From the NCBI GenBank assembly GCA_048885525.1, contig JBHLLP010000001.1:97227-161226 (forward strand): a stretch of 64,000 nt of DNA, written 5' to 3'. The DNA is from Candidatus Hermodarchaeota archaeon. GTDB taxonomy: Archaea; Asgardarchaeota; Lokiarchaeia; Sigyniarchaeales; SOKP01. The position numbers and the translations under genes are program-made. The notes under the pieces are model-generated. The model was not told where the DNA came from. It did no database searches and saw nothing but the letters and a program-made list of their open reading frames with translations. Shown in pieces: positions 51,710 to 61,384 of the stretch (position 1 is its first letter; every line of letters starts with the position of its first letter).

Positions 51710-51733
51710 TTATATGTTACGTGTAACATATAA
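51710..51733. promoter_or_regulatory. Perfect inverted repeat, probable operator
   Basis: TTATATGTTAC-GT-GTAACATATAA, between the 51687 start codon and a minus-strand TATA-like TTTATATA (~51738-51745). Confidence 0.7.
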
Positions 51734-51950
51734 GCCTTATATAAAAATTTTTGTATTGAATTAAAGTTGTATTAAGCCTTAAAAAGGTTAATAACTTGAA
51801 ATTTATAGAGTTTCTGTAAAGAAATTATTTCAAACTAATATTCAAATTAATAAAAACATTCTGTCGTATTTCTTGGGGTCAATTTCCACTAAACCTTTAA
51901 ATATATCACTGTGGTATATATTTATATCAATTGAATCAAATTAAGTAAAA

Positions 51951-52184
51951 TTGGTGGAAAAAATTAAGCTAATTTCAGTTAATTTGCCAGAATCTTATTT
52001 AAAAGTCTTAGAGATACTTGTAGTAGATGGAAAGTTTCCCAATAGGTCAGAAGCAATAAGAGTAGCAATTAGAGACTTGATTAAAACAGAATATTTAATA
52101 GAAGAATCCATTAATAGAAACATAGCCCCTAGTTTAATAGATTCTGAAGTAGAAAATGAGATTCAAGAAAATTTATTAATCTAA
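51951..52184 (+). CDS. Ribbon-helix-helix (CopG/Arc/MetJ) transcriptional regulator
   Basis: ISVNLPESYL...FPNRSEAIRVAIRDLI. Confidence 0.92.
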   Translation: MVEKIKLISVNLPESYLKVLEILVVDGKFPNRSEAIRVAIRDLIKTEYLIEESINRNIAPSLIDSEVENEIQENLLI

Positions 52185-52235
52185 ACAATTTTTTTTATTC
52201 CTTTTTAAAAGTCAAGATTTAAAGAAATAATTATT

Positions 52236-55200
52236 TTATTCCTTGCTCTTTCCTAATAAATCTAAAACTTTTTTCCGTCTCTCTTCTCTTCGTGCCTTGA
52301 TTCTTTTACTGAGCTTTTCCATTTCATCGGCAGAGGGTTCTTCTTTACCTTTAATTAATTCTCTAATTGGTTTCTTAGTAACTTTGGTTTTTAATTCAAT
52401 AATTTTATTGTCAATTTCTTTAATTATTTTTTTTTCTATCTTGACTTCTTTGAGCTGGAATTTTGCTTCATTTAATTCAGAAATAGCCTTCTTGAAGTTT
52501 TCATCAACTAAAGATACATGAGCTTTATCTAACGCTTTATAGGCAGATTCAAAATTTTTATTGTGTAAAACATCAAGTGAAGCATCTATAGTTATTAATG
52601 GAATCTGTGTTTTAGTTTTTATTTTACTAATTTGCTCAGTAATTCTTTCAATCTCATCTGATTTTTCTAATTTAGTTAATCTTTGAACTTCCTCTCTTAG
52701 TATCAAAATTCCCTCATTCAATCTGAACCTATCAATTAAATGGTCAGCTTTTTCCAATTTAATCGATATCTTTCTGTCAAGTTCTTCTTTCGCAAGTTTA
52801 CGCTTTTCTTCTTTTTTTCTCTTTTCAAGTTCTTCATGTTGTCTTTTTGTTTCTTCTTTTAATAATTCCATTTCTTTTTCTTCTTCAATTTTCTTTAATT
52901 TAATTTCTTCATAAATCTCAGCTTGCTTTTGCTCTTGTTTAAGTTTGAAAAGAAGGTCATTATTTATTCGTGAAACTTCTCGATGCCACGATATTTTTTC
53001 GAACAATTCTCTAGCAGAGATATACTTATCATATGCTTCAGAGAATTTTGCACCATCCATTAATGCTGTACCTTCTTCTAAAAGTTCATATGCTTCTTCA
53101 GAAATTTGTCTTTCCCTTTCTTTTTCTGACTGAATTTTTAGTAATTCTCTTCTTTTCTCTTCTTGTTGACGATTTCTTATAATTTGAGCCTCAGCTACTT
53201 TTTCTTCTAATTTTTCTTCAATAAGTAGTTCTTCAGCTTTCCTTTTTTCAATAACTTGTTGTTCAAGCTCATATGCCGTTTTCTTGTTAACAATCATTGT
53301 AATTGAATCTCGAATCATCCTTATTCCTTCTTGCCATTCTATGTCAAAAAATATTTGTTCACTTTGTTTATAAATTTCAATTGCTTTGTCAAAATGATTT
53401 TGTCTTAACTCACGTTTAGCTTGATCCATTAAACGAAAAGCTTTATCTTTTTGGGTTTCAAATTGAGCAATCCTTTCTTTTTTTAAATGTAGAGTTTCTT
53501 TTCGCTGTTTTAATAATTTTTCTTGCTCAATCCTAGCTTGTTCCAATAACTTTTGTTGAAGCATCAACTCTTCTTCTCGTTTTTTAGCTTTTTCAGCTTC
53601 TAAGGCACGTATTTTGTTGTCCCTTTCTAACTTTTCTTTATAAAACTTTATAGTCTCGATTAATTTCGCAGATTCTTCTTTCCAGTCAATTTTTTCAAAC
53701 TGTTTTCTTGCTTCGCGATATATTTCAATAATTTTTTCATATGGCGCTTCAAAATCAAAAACACCACCTTTAATTTTTATCTCATATTCCTGTGCCATTC
53801 TCTCTGCTTCTTGAATCATATCAAAAATTCCCTCGGCTATTTCATCAGATTCTTTCTTTTTTTGTTGAATTTCTAAAATTCTTTTTTGTCTTTCAAGAAA
53901 ATCCTTATCAATATCTAAATCAGCCGCTAAAAGTTCAATTTCTGACTCTTCTAATTTCTTCTTTTCTATAATTCTTAAATTGTCATCTTTTTCTTTTTTA
54001 TCCATATAAAATTTAATTGTATTAATTAAGCGATTAGCCTCCTCATTCCACCCAATTTCTTGGAATATTTCTATCGCTTGTTTATAATTTGAAAGAGCTT
54101 TTTCGTAAGGACTATCGTAAATCAAAATATCTTTTCTAATACTTAATTCATAATGTTTAACCTCTTTCTCGGCTTCATCTATTAGATTCATTGCTTTATC
54201 TAATAAAATGTCTTCTTCTTTTTCTTTTTCAAGTTCATCTATTTTTTCTGGTTTAACAGGTTTAATTTCTCTTTTGCTTAATTTATGTAGTTCTTCAAGC
54301 TCTTTTTCTCTTTGGACTTTTTGAACTTCAAATTCGAGTAATTTTTGATGTTTTTCTAATTTCTCTTGATAAATTTTAATTTGATTGGCGTAAACCTCCG
54401 CTTGATCTTTCCATCCCCAAGCATAAACTTTTTTTCTTATTTCTTTATATATTTCTATAATCTCGAGGTAAGGTGTTTGTTCAATTATTTCTCCTTTTTT
54501 AATAGCTTTCTTCATAGCTGAATCAAATTCTCTTTCAAGTTTCTCTGCTTTATTGACCTCTTCTGTTATCGATTTTTGAAATTCTTTTTCTTCCTTTTCT
54601 TTTTCACTTATTTCTAGTTTTTTATGATCAATTTCAACTTCTTTTTCAATCTTGTGCATTTCTTCAATTTCTTTTTCTCTTTGGACTTTTTGAACTTCAA
54701 CTTCAAGTAATTTTTGATGTTTCTCTAATTTCTCTTGATATATTTTAATTTGATTGGCGTAGACCTCCGCTTGGTCCTTCCATCCCCAAGTGTATACTTT
54801 TTTTCTTATTTCTTTATATATTTCTATAATCTCGAGGTAGGGTGTTTGCTCTATAATTTCTCCTTTTTTAATAGCTTTTTTCATAGCTGAATCAAATTCC
54901 CTTTCAAGTTTCTCTGCTTTATTAACCTCTTCTGTTATGGATTTTTGAAATTCCTTTTCTTCCTTTTCTCTTTCACTTATTTCTAGCTTTTTATGATCTA
55001 TTTCAACTTCTTTATCAACTTTATGCATTTCTTCAATATCTTTATCTCTTTGGGCTTTTTGAGCTTCGACTTCGAGTAATTTTTGATGTTTCTCTAATTT
55101 CTCTTGATATATTTTAATTTGATTTGCATAGACCTCAGCTTGCTCATTCCATCCTCGAGAATAAACCTTTTCCTTAATTCCTTTATAAATTTCAATTATC

Positions 55201-58200
55201 TCTGGATAAGGTGTTTGCTCAATAATTTCACCTTTTTTAATAGCTTTTTTCATAGCGGAATCAAATTCTCTTTCAAGTTTCTCTGCTTTATTAACCTCTT
55301 CTGTTATCGATTTTTGAAATTCTTTTTCTTCCTTTTTTCTATCAATAGCTGCTAATTTTTTATCATCTACTTCAATTTCCCTTTCTACTTTATGCATTTC
55401 TTCAATATCTTTATCTCTTTGGGCTTTTTGAGCTTCAACTTCGAGTAATTTTTGATGTTTTTCTAACTTTTCTTGATAGATTTTAATTTGATTTGCATAG
55501 ACATTAGCTTGGTCCTTCCATCCCCAAGCATATACTTTTTTTCTTATTTCTTTATATATTTCTATTATCTCGGGATAAGGTGTTTGCTCAATTACTTCCC
55601 CTTTTTTAATAGCTTTTTTCATAGCTGAATCAAATTCTCTTTCAAGTTTCTCTGCTTTATTAACCTCTTCTGTTATAAATTTTTGAAATTCTTTTTCTTC
55701 TTTTTCTTTTTCACGTATTTCTAGCTTTTTATGATCAACTTCAACTTCTTTTTCGATTTTGTGCATTTCTTCAATTTCTTTTTCTCTTTGAACTTTTTGA
55801 GCTTCAACTTCAAGTAATTTTTGATGTTTCTCTAATTTTTCTTGATAAATTTTAATTTGATTTGCATAAACCTCAGCTTGCTCCTTCCATCCTTGAGCAT
55901 AAATTTTTTCTCTTAATTCTTTATAAATCTCGATAACTTCAGAATAAGGTGTAATTTCTATTATCTCTCCTCGTCTATAAGCCTTCCTCATAGCCATTTC
56001 ATAGTCGTGTACCATTTTTTCGGCTCTGTTAATATTCTCATTAATGTATTTTTTAAGATCTTCCATTTCTTTTTTCTTCTCTATCAATTTTAACTTTTCT
56101 TCATCTAATCCAATCTGCTTACCAACTTTATGCATTTCCTCAAGTGCTTTTTCTCTTTGAGCCTTTTTAGCTTCTACTTCTCGTAATTTATTATCATGCT
56201 CTAACTTTTGTGTATAAAAATTTATTTGGGTGCTATATGCCGCAGCTTCTCCCTCACGTCCCTTTTCAAGCAGCATCCGTTTTACTCTTTCATATATACC
56301 TATAATTTTTAAAAAAGGAGGATTTTCTGCTAACTTACCCTTTTTTATTGCTTTTTTCATTTCAGAATTATATTCACGAGCCATTTTTTCAGCTCGATTA
56401 ACCATCACATCAATGATGTTATCAAATTCTAACTTTTCCTCCTCTATTTTTTTTTGCTTTTCTAAGATTCTCAATCTTTCAGTTTCCAATCCCATAAGAG
56501 GTTTCTCTTTTTTAATTTTAAGTGTTTCTTCAATCTCTTCTTGCTTTCTCGCTTTCTCTGCTTCAATCTGTCTTAACCGATTATCTTTTTCTAACTTTTG
56601 TTTATAAGTATACATCTGACTTGAAAAAATTGTAACATCTGTTTCCCAACCTCTTTCTAATGCCATTTCTCTAGCTCTTTCAAAAATTTGGATAATTTCC
56701 TTATATGGACATTTTAATTCAAATTTACCCTGTCTTAATGCAACCTCATACTCTCTTGCTAAACGTTCCGCTCTATTTGTCATCTCTTCAAATTGGTTTC
56801 GTATATTTTGGATCTCAATTGCTTTTTGGCGTTGTTTTTCTATATCTTGTTTTTCTTCTTCACTAATACGAGTTACTATGCCTTCTTGTTTAATTTTTAA
56901 TACTTCTTTGGCTTCTTCCTGTTTTCTTATCTTATCTACTTCTATTTTTCTTATTTTTTTATCTTTTTCGAATTTTTGGATATAAATTTCTATTGTATCA
57001 TCATAGATCGCTGCTTCCTTGTTCCAATCCTTATCAATGAGTAAATCCTTTATTTTTTTATAAATTTCAATTACTTTTGGATATATACACTTTTCCACCA
57101 TTTCTCCATCTTTTATAGCCTTCTGCATTGCTAATTCATACTCACGCGCCATTCTTGCAGCTTCACTTGCCATATTATCAATCTGTACCTTAAAAAAATC
57201 CTGTTCCATTCTTTGAAGTTCTAATCCTCTTAATCTTTCTAATTGTGCAAGCTTCTCTTGTTCACTTATTTCTTTTGCATACTGTTCAATGAGTTTTTCT
57301 TGTTTTATTTCAATTTCAACTTTTTGTTCAACCTCTACTTTTTCTTTCTCTAATTCTTTAAGATGCCTAAATTTCTCTTTTTCTAATTGTTCTATCGTAT
57401 CTCGTATTCGTTTAGCTTCATAATTCCAATTCAATTCTTCAAATAAATTTACACCCTCTGAATATAACTCTATAGCTTGATCATATTCATAAAGTTTAGC
57501 CTTTTCTACTGCTTGTTCTAATATCTCATATGCTCGAGTTGAAATCTCTTCCTCTCTCTTTTTAGCTTCAAGAAACTGTTCTAACTTTTTTTCTTTTTCC
57601 AGTTCCTCGCTTATTGGAGCTTCTATTTCTATTTCAAAATCTACTTCTTCTTTCTTCAAACTACGCAAATATTCAGCTTTTTTATTATAGCATTCTTCAA
57701 TCAAGATAAATAATCTTTCTATTTCTTCATTTTTATTAAGTTCTTCAAGAATCTTTTCAGCTTCATCATATTTATCAAAAGCTTCCTCGAAATTATTGTT
57801 ATTAGTTAATTCATGAGCCTCAACAATCAAGTGGTCTGCTAAACTAATCAAATCTGCTTCAGTTTTAGTTTCTTCGATCAATTCCTCTTCTTCGATCACA
57901 GCACCCTCTTCAATTTCTTCATCAATGTCCTTAAGATCTTCTACTTTTCTTTCAGGTTGAGCTTCGATTTCTCTGAATGATTTTTCTTTAAGTATATAGA
58001 GTTCTGATATTTTATCATTTATTGCTTCGATTTCTTCCTCCCTATTAATCTGAGCATATAATCCAATTGCTTGACGTAAAATCTCAATCCCATCATCAAA
58101 ATATTGCGAAGCTATAAGATTCATCGCATGCTCTACTAATTCATATGCTTCAGTAGCAATTTCCTCTTCCATATCCATCATATCGGCGAAAAATGCGTCT

Positions 58201-58274
58201 TTTGTAGGATCAGGTCCATTTTCATCGAATTCCTTTTCCAAATCTTCCTCTCTTTTCTCTTCCATTAATCTCAA
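52236..58274 (-). CDS. Giant (2012 aa) E/K-rich alpha-helical repeat protein with TPR/MIT-like three-helix modules
   Basis: Uninterrupted 6-kb ORF; recurring A..L...A / Y...I.IY / W..EA..I modules separated by charged helices; no TM or signal peptide. Confidence 0.9.
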   Translation of the reverse strand: MRLMEEKREEDLEKEFDENGPDPTKDAFFADMMDMEEEIATEAYELVEHAMNLIASQYFDDGIEILRQAIGLYAQINREEEIEAINDKISELYILKEKSFREIEAQPERKVEDLKDIDEEIEEGAVIEEEELIEETKTEADLISLADHLIVEAHELTNNNNFEEAFDKYDEAEKILEELNKNEEIERLFILIEECYNKKAEYLRSLKKEEVDFEIEIEAPISEELEKEKKLEQFLEAKKREEEISTRAYEILEQAVEKAKLYEYDQAIELYSEGVNLFEELNWNYEAKRIRDTIEQLEKEKFRHLKELEKEKVEVEQKVEIEIKQEKLIEQYAKEISEQEKLAQLERLRGLELQRMEQDFFKVQIDNMASEAARMAREYELAMQKAIKDGEMVEKCIYPKVIEIYKKIKDLLIDKDWNKEAAIYDDTIEIYIQKFEKDKKIRKIEVDKIRKQEEAKEVLKIKQEGIVTRISEEEKQDIEKQRQKAIEIQNIRNQFEEMTNRAERLAREYEVALRQGKFELKCPYKEIIQIFERAREMALERGWETDVTIFSSQMYTYKQKLEKDNRLRQIEAEKARKQEEIEETLKIKKEKPLMGLETERLRILEKQKKIEEEKLEFDNIIDVMVNRAEKMAREYNSEMKKAIKKGKLAENPPFLKIIGIYERVKRMLLEKGREGEAAAYSTQINFYTQKLEHDNKLREVEAKKAQREKALEEMHKVGKQIGLDEEKLKLIEKKKEMEDLKKYINENINRAEKMVHDYEMAMRKAYRRGEIIEITPYSEVIEIYKELREKIYAQGWKEQAEVYANQIKIYQEKLEKHQKLLEVEAQKVQREKEIEEMHKIEKEVEVDHKKLEIREKEKEEKEFQKFITEEVNKAEKLEREFDSAMKKAIKKGEVIEQTPYPEIIEIYKEIRKKVYAWGWKDQANVYANQIKIYQEKLEKHQKLLEVEAQKAQRDKDIEEMHKVEREIEVDDKKLAAIDRKKEEKEFQKSITEEVNKAEKLEREFDSAMKKAIKKGEIIEQTPYPEIIEIYKGIKEKVYSRGWNEQAEVYANQIKIYQEKLEKHQKLLEVEAQKAQRDKDIEEMHKVDKEVEIDHKKLEISEREKEEKEFQKSITEEVNKAEKLEREFDSAMKKAIKKGEIIEQTPYLEIIEIYKEIRKKVYTWGWKDQAEVYANQIKIYQEKLEKHQKLLEVEVQKVQREKEIEEMHKIEKEVEIDHKKLEISEKEKEEKEFQKSITEEVNKAEKLEREFDSAMKKAIKKGEIIEQTPYLEIIEIYKEIRKKVYAWGWKDQAEVYANQIKIYQEKLEKHQKLLEFEVQKVQREKELEELHKLSKREIKPVKPEKIDELEKEKEEDILLDKAMNLIDEAEKEVKHYELSIRKDILIYDSPYEKALSNYKQAIEIFQEIGWNEEANRLINTIKFYMDKKEKDDNLRIIEKKKLEESEIELLAADLDIDKDFLERQKRILEIQQKKKESDEIAEGIFDMIQEAERMAQEYEIKIKGGVFDFEAPYEKIIEIYREARKQFEKIDWKEESAKLIETIKFYKEKLERDNKIRALEAEKAKKREEELMLQQKLLEQARIEQEKLLKQRKETLHLKKERIAQFETQKDKAFRLMDQAKRELRQNHFDKAIEIYKQSEQIFFDIEWQEGIRMIRDSITMIVNKKTAYELEQQVIEKRKAEELLIEEKLEEKVAEAQIIRNRQQEEKRRELLKIQSEKERERQISEEAYELLEEGTALMDGAKFSEAYDKYISARELFEKISWHREVSRINNDLLFKLKQEQKQAEIYEEIKLKKIEEEKEMELLKEETKRQHEELEKRKKEEKRKLAKEELDRKISIKLEKADHLIDRFRLNEGILILREEVQRLTKLEKSDEIERITEQISKIKTKTQIPLITIDASLDVLHNKNFESAYKALDKAHVSLVDENFKKAISELNEAKFQLKEVKIEKKIIKEIDNKIIELKTKVTKKPIRELIKGKEEPSADEMEKLSKRIKARREERRKKVLDLLGKSKE
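54301..55935. repeat. Intragenic tandem repeat, 369-bp (123-aa) period, about 4.4 near-identical copies
   Basis: The G of the TTTTTGATGTTT landmark recurs at 54347, 54716, 55085, 55454, 55823. Confidence 0.95.
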
Positions 58275-58389
58275 CTACTTTTTAGGAGGATTAAGAATGA
58301 ACTTATTAAACAAAAATCTTCCTATATTTTTACTATACAATATTAGGTCTAATTTTAAAATCATTAAACGAAAATAAATATTTAATCGA

Positions 58390-58782
58390 TCATAATTCAA
58401 ATTTTCCTAGATTCTTATTAAGATAATCATCGCATATTCTTCCTCCCTCACTTGTTAAACTCCACCCATTCGCGTCTCTTCTTACAAGATTCAAATTTTC
58501 AGTGCTAGCTAAAATTTTATGTACTTCCTCCTCACTTTTACGGATATTAAAGTCAACTCTTAAGCTAAATACAATTTCATCAATCGGTACGGGACCTCCA
58601 AGTTCATCTTCCATTACGCCTAATGCTGCTATAATTTGATTCTGTTCTACCATTCCTGCATCCATAGAATGTGAAACTTCATCAAGAAGCCATGGATTCT
58701 TTTCTAACATTTTTTTAATAGCTTTTTCATTGCCATTTTTAAAATGTTTATCGAATTCTTCTCTAATCTTCTTCTTAGCCAT
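58390..58782 (-). CDS. Hypothetical protein with C-terminal winged helix
   Basis: VPIDEIVFSL...EEVHKIL...NLVRRDANGWSLTSEG wHTH pattern. Confidence 0.75.
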   Translation of the reverse strand: MAKKKIREEFDKHFKNGNEKAIKKMLEKNPWLLDEVSHSMDAGMVEQNQIIAALGVMEDELGGPVPIDEIVFSLRVDFNIRKSEEEVHKILASTENLNLVRRDANGWSLTSEGGRICDDYLNKNLGKFEL

Positions 58783-58889
58783 AAAAAACTCCTTTTTACC
58801 TTGAATAAGAAAAATTCTAGATATTTTATTAATATCTATAATATAGATTTAAAAAATAAAATCTTTTATGATAAGGTCAAAAATGAGAA

Positions 58890-59606
58890 CTATAGTAATT
58901 TAGTCAAAAATTCTTCTACTTCTTGTTTATTACACATATGAAACTCTTTTGTTTCACCTTTAATATATGCTAATCGAATATTCTCTTTTGTTGCTTCTTC
59001 ATCTATCGATTCTTTAAGTGAATTTAACGCTAAATTAATTATTTCATCAAATGTCATATCTTCTTTATAATTTTCAATAAGATATTCTCTCGCAGAGGCC
59101 TCTCCAGTTCCAATAGCATAAGCTTTGAATGAACGGTAAATACCACTAGGTGATGTAGTATAAACTTGAGTACCACTTGCATCTATTGCAATGAAAAAAA
59201 GTGCACATCCAAAAGGTCTTATACCCCCATATTGAGTATACATTTGCTTTAAATCTGCAATTGCTTTTGTTAGCATATTCAAGCGAACAGGCTCATCATA
59301 TGTTAATCTAAATGATTGCGCTTGAACTCTCGCATAATTAATAAGAGCGCGTGAATCAGCATGAAGTCCAGAAATCGCTACTCCAATATGTTGATCTACC
59401 TGGAATAGTTTATCAATTGAATCAGCATCCATCAAAATTGTTGGTACCTTTATTTGGGCTGCTAAACACACATCTTCTTTAGATTTTACAGCAACCGCAA
59501 GAGTTCCTCGCCTTACGGCCTCTAAAGCATATTCTACCTGAAAAAGACGGCCTTCTGGGCTAAAAACTGTAAGCGCCCTGTCATACTTAGGAGCTGCACC
59601 AAACAT
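58890..59606 (-). CDS. psmA: Proteasome alpha subunit
   Basis: YDRALTVFSPEGRLFQVEYALEAV, GLHAD, RPFG. Confidence 0.97.
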   Translation of the reverse strand: MFGAAPKYDRALTVFSPEGRLFQVEYALEAVRRGTLAVAVKSKEDVCLAAQIKVPTILMDADSIDKLFQVDQHIGVAISGLHADSRALINYARVQAQSFRLTYDEPVRLNMLTKAIADLKQMYTQYGGIRPFGCALFFIAIDASGTQVYTTSPSGIYRSFKAYAIGTGEASAREYLIENYKEDMTFDEIINLALNSLKESIDEEATKENIRLAYIKGETKEFHMCNKQEVEEFLTKLL

Positions 59607-59687
59607 TTAATTTACCTATATTTATTTGATTTATACTTTTAAAATATATAACTAAATTTTAACTTATGGTTTATACCAAATAAAAAG

Positions 59688-60236
59688 TTAGATCTTTTGA
59701 GTCCTTTCCAAAATAGCACGTGTTATATCTTTGAACACAGGAGATACTTTAAAATCGTTCTTAGCACTTGTTTCATAATATGCTATTGCGTTAAGTTCTT
59801 CCTTTAATGCTTCCCCTTCTCCTACTCCAACTTCCCTGTTTCCTTGTTCTGCTAAATCTATTTTATTTCCTACTAAAATACTTGGTTTCCCATCCCCGAT
59901 TACTTTTTCCACCTCTGCTTTCCAATTTAAGATATTCTGAAATGAACTTCTTCGCGTAAGGTCGAATGTATATACAGTAGCACTACTTCCTCTATAAAAC
60001 GGAGGCCTTACAAAACTAAAATGCTTCTGTCCTGCGAGATCCCATAATTGAAGGCGAATTAAATAATTAGGATATTCATCTATATTTATTTGTTTAGTTG
60101 AAAAGTTGGATCCAATTGTCATAATATAATTTTCTTTAAATGTATTCTCACAGTAGCGGAGGACCATGGAGGTTTTTCCCACTCCTCCATCTCCAACAAC
60201 ACATATCTTATAAATGAAGCTTTTTGTTGCAGCCAT
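59688..60236 (-). CDS. Rab-like small GTPase (Ras superfamily)
   Basis: G1 GDGGVGKT, G2 TIG, G3 WDLAGQ, G4 NKID, G5 ETSAK; ATG at 60236 (track start 60251). Confidence 0.93.
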   Translation of the reverse strand: MAATKSFIYKICVVGDGGVGKTSMVLRYCENTFKENYIMTIGSNFSTKQINIDEYPNYLIRLQLWDLAGQKHFSFVRPPFYRGSSATVYTFDLTRRSSFQNILNWKAEVEKVIGDGKPSILVGNKIDLAEQGNREVGVGEGEALKEELNAIAYYETSAKNDFKVSPVFKDITRAILERTQKI

Positions 60237-60470
60237 TTGATTTTGCACCAAAATTTGGATAAAGGATTATGAACCTAAATTATTATTAATTGATAACTTG
60301 AGATCTTAAGTGAAATATTGATCTTTCTTAAATTCTTATATTTTTTTTATAATATTATACTATATTGAATAAATAAAAATAATCGTTATTAATCTTTTTT
60401 TTTAGATTCACTTTTTATTGACAATAATCAAATAAGTAAAATAGATTGCAAAATAACAACTCAACCAAAA

Positions 60471-61316
60471 TTAGTTTCCAATAAAAGTTGGATCCCTTTT
60501 TTCCTTTAAAGCTTTTAAAGATTCACTAAAATCTTTACTTCGAATCGACTTGGTCCACATTTTATTTTCCAAATTTAATTGCGTTTCTAAAATTTCCCTA
60601 AAATATGTATGCAAGGTTTTTTTCATTAATTTAATTGAAAGAGAAGGGCCTTTAGGTGGTATAAGCCTTAATGCTTGGTTTCTTGCATAAGGCATCAATT
60701 TTTCTTTTGGTAATACTTTGTTTACTAAACCTAATTTTTCCGCTTCTTGTGCGGTCATTCTATCACCAAAATAAAACAGTTCTTTAGCTTTATGTATGCC
60801 TATCATGAAAGGTAAAAGAATTGAAGTAGCAAAATCAGGCATCACAGCTCTTTTAATAAAAAATAGTGCCCACCATGCATCTTCAGCCATATAGACTAAA
60901 TCTGAACAAATTACAGGGAGTGTAAAACCACCACCTACAGCAAAACCATTAATCACAGATATTACTGGTTTTGAAAAATCCCAAAACTTAAGACACAATC
61001 TTTTTGATGCCATGTCTCTTAAATTAACTTCTGCTCTATACTTTTCAGGAATATCTTTCAACATATCTTCTGAAAAATATCCTCCTGAAGAAAATGCTCC
61101 TGCTTCCTCTGAACCCGTTAGTATCACAACTTCAACTTGTTTATCTTTTTCAGCATGATCTACGGCATACCAAAGTTCTAAAAGACCTAATGGTGAAAGA
61201 GCATTCTTTTTTGCTGGCCAGTTCAGAGTTAATGTTAAAATTCCATTGTCTTCTTTCTGATATTTTATTTGTTTAAATTCTTCCACAAGCATTAATACAA
61301 TAAAATCATAAGACAA
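60471..61316 (-). CDS. Crotonase-family protein (PaaG-like type)
   Basis: AFSSGG, INGFAVGGG, KRAVMPD; start probably ATG ~61292. Confidence 0.9.
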   Translation of the reverse strand: MSYDFIVLMLVEEFKQIKYQKEDNGILTLTLNWPAKKNALSPLGLLELWYAVDHAEKDKQVEVVILTGSEEAGAFSSGGYFSEDMLKDIPEKYRAEVNLRDMASKRLCLKFWDFSKPVISVINGFAVGGGFTLPVICSDLVYMAEDAWWALFFIKRAVMPDFATSILLPFMIGIHKAKELFYFGDRMTAQEAEKLGLVNKVLPKEKLMPYARNQALRLIPPKGPSLSIKLMKKTLHTYFREILETQLNLENKMWTKSIRSKDFSESLKALKEKRDPTFIGN

Positions 61317-61384
61317 TAAAATATTTTATAATATAATTTGAATAATATTTATTTTAATTAATCACTCAGAAAAAAGAATAGATT

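Noticed and set aside
54301-55935. Tandem repeat as CRISPR array or mobile element
   Set aside because: Period is 369 bp, in frame within a CDS, with no unique spacers, cas genes or transposase
231-61276. Many short antisense or overlapping ORFs in the track (e.g. 231-605, 3684-3965, 13790-14140, 28919-29191, 37442-37786, 56230-56607)
   Set aside because: They lie within well-supported genes on the other strand or frame and have no motifs; shadow ORFs
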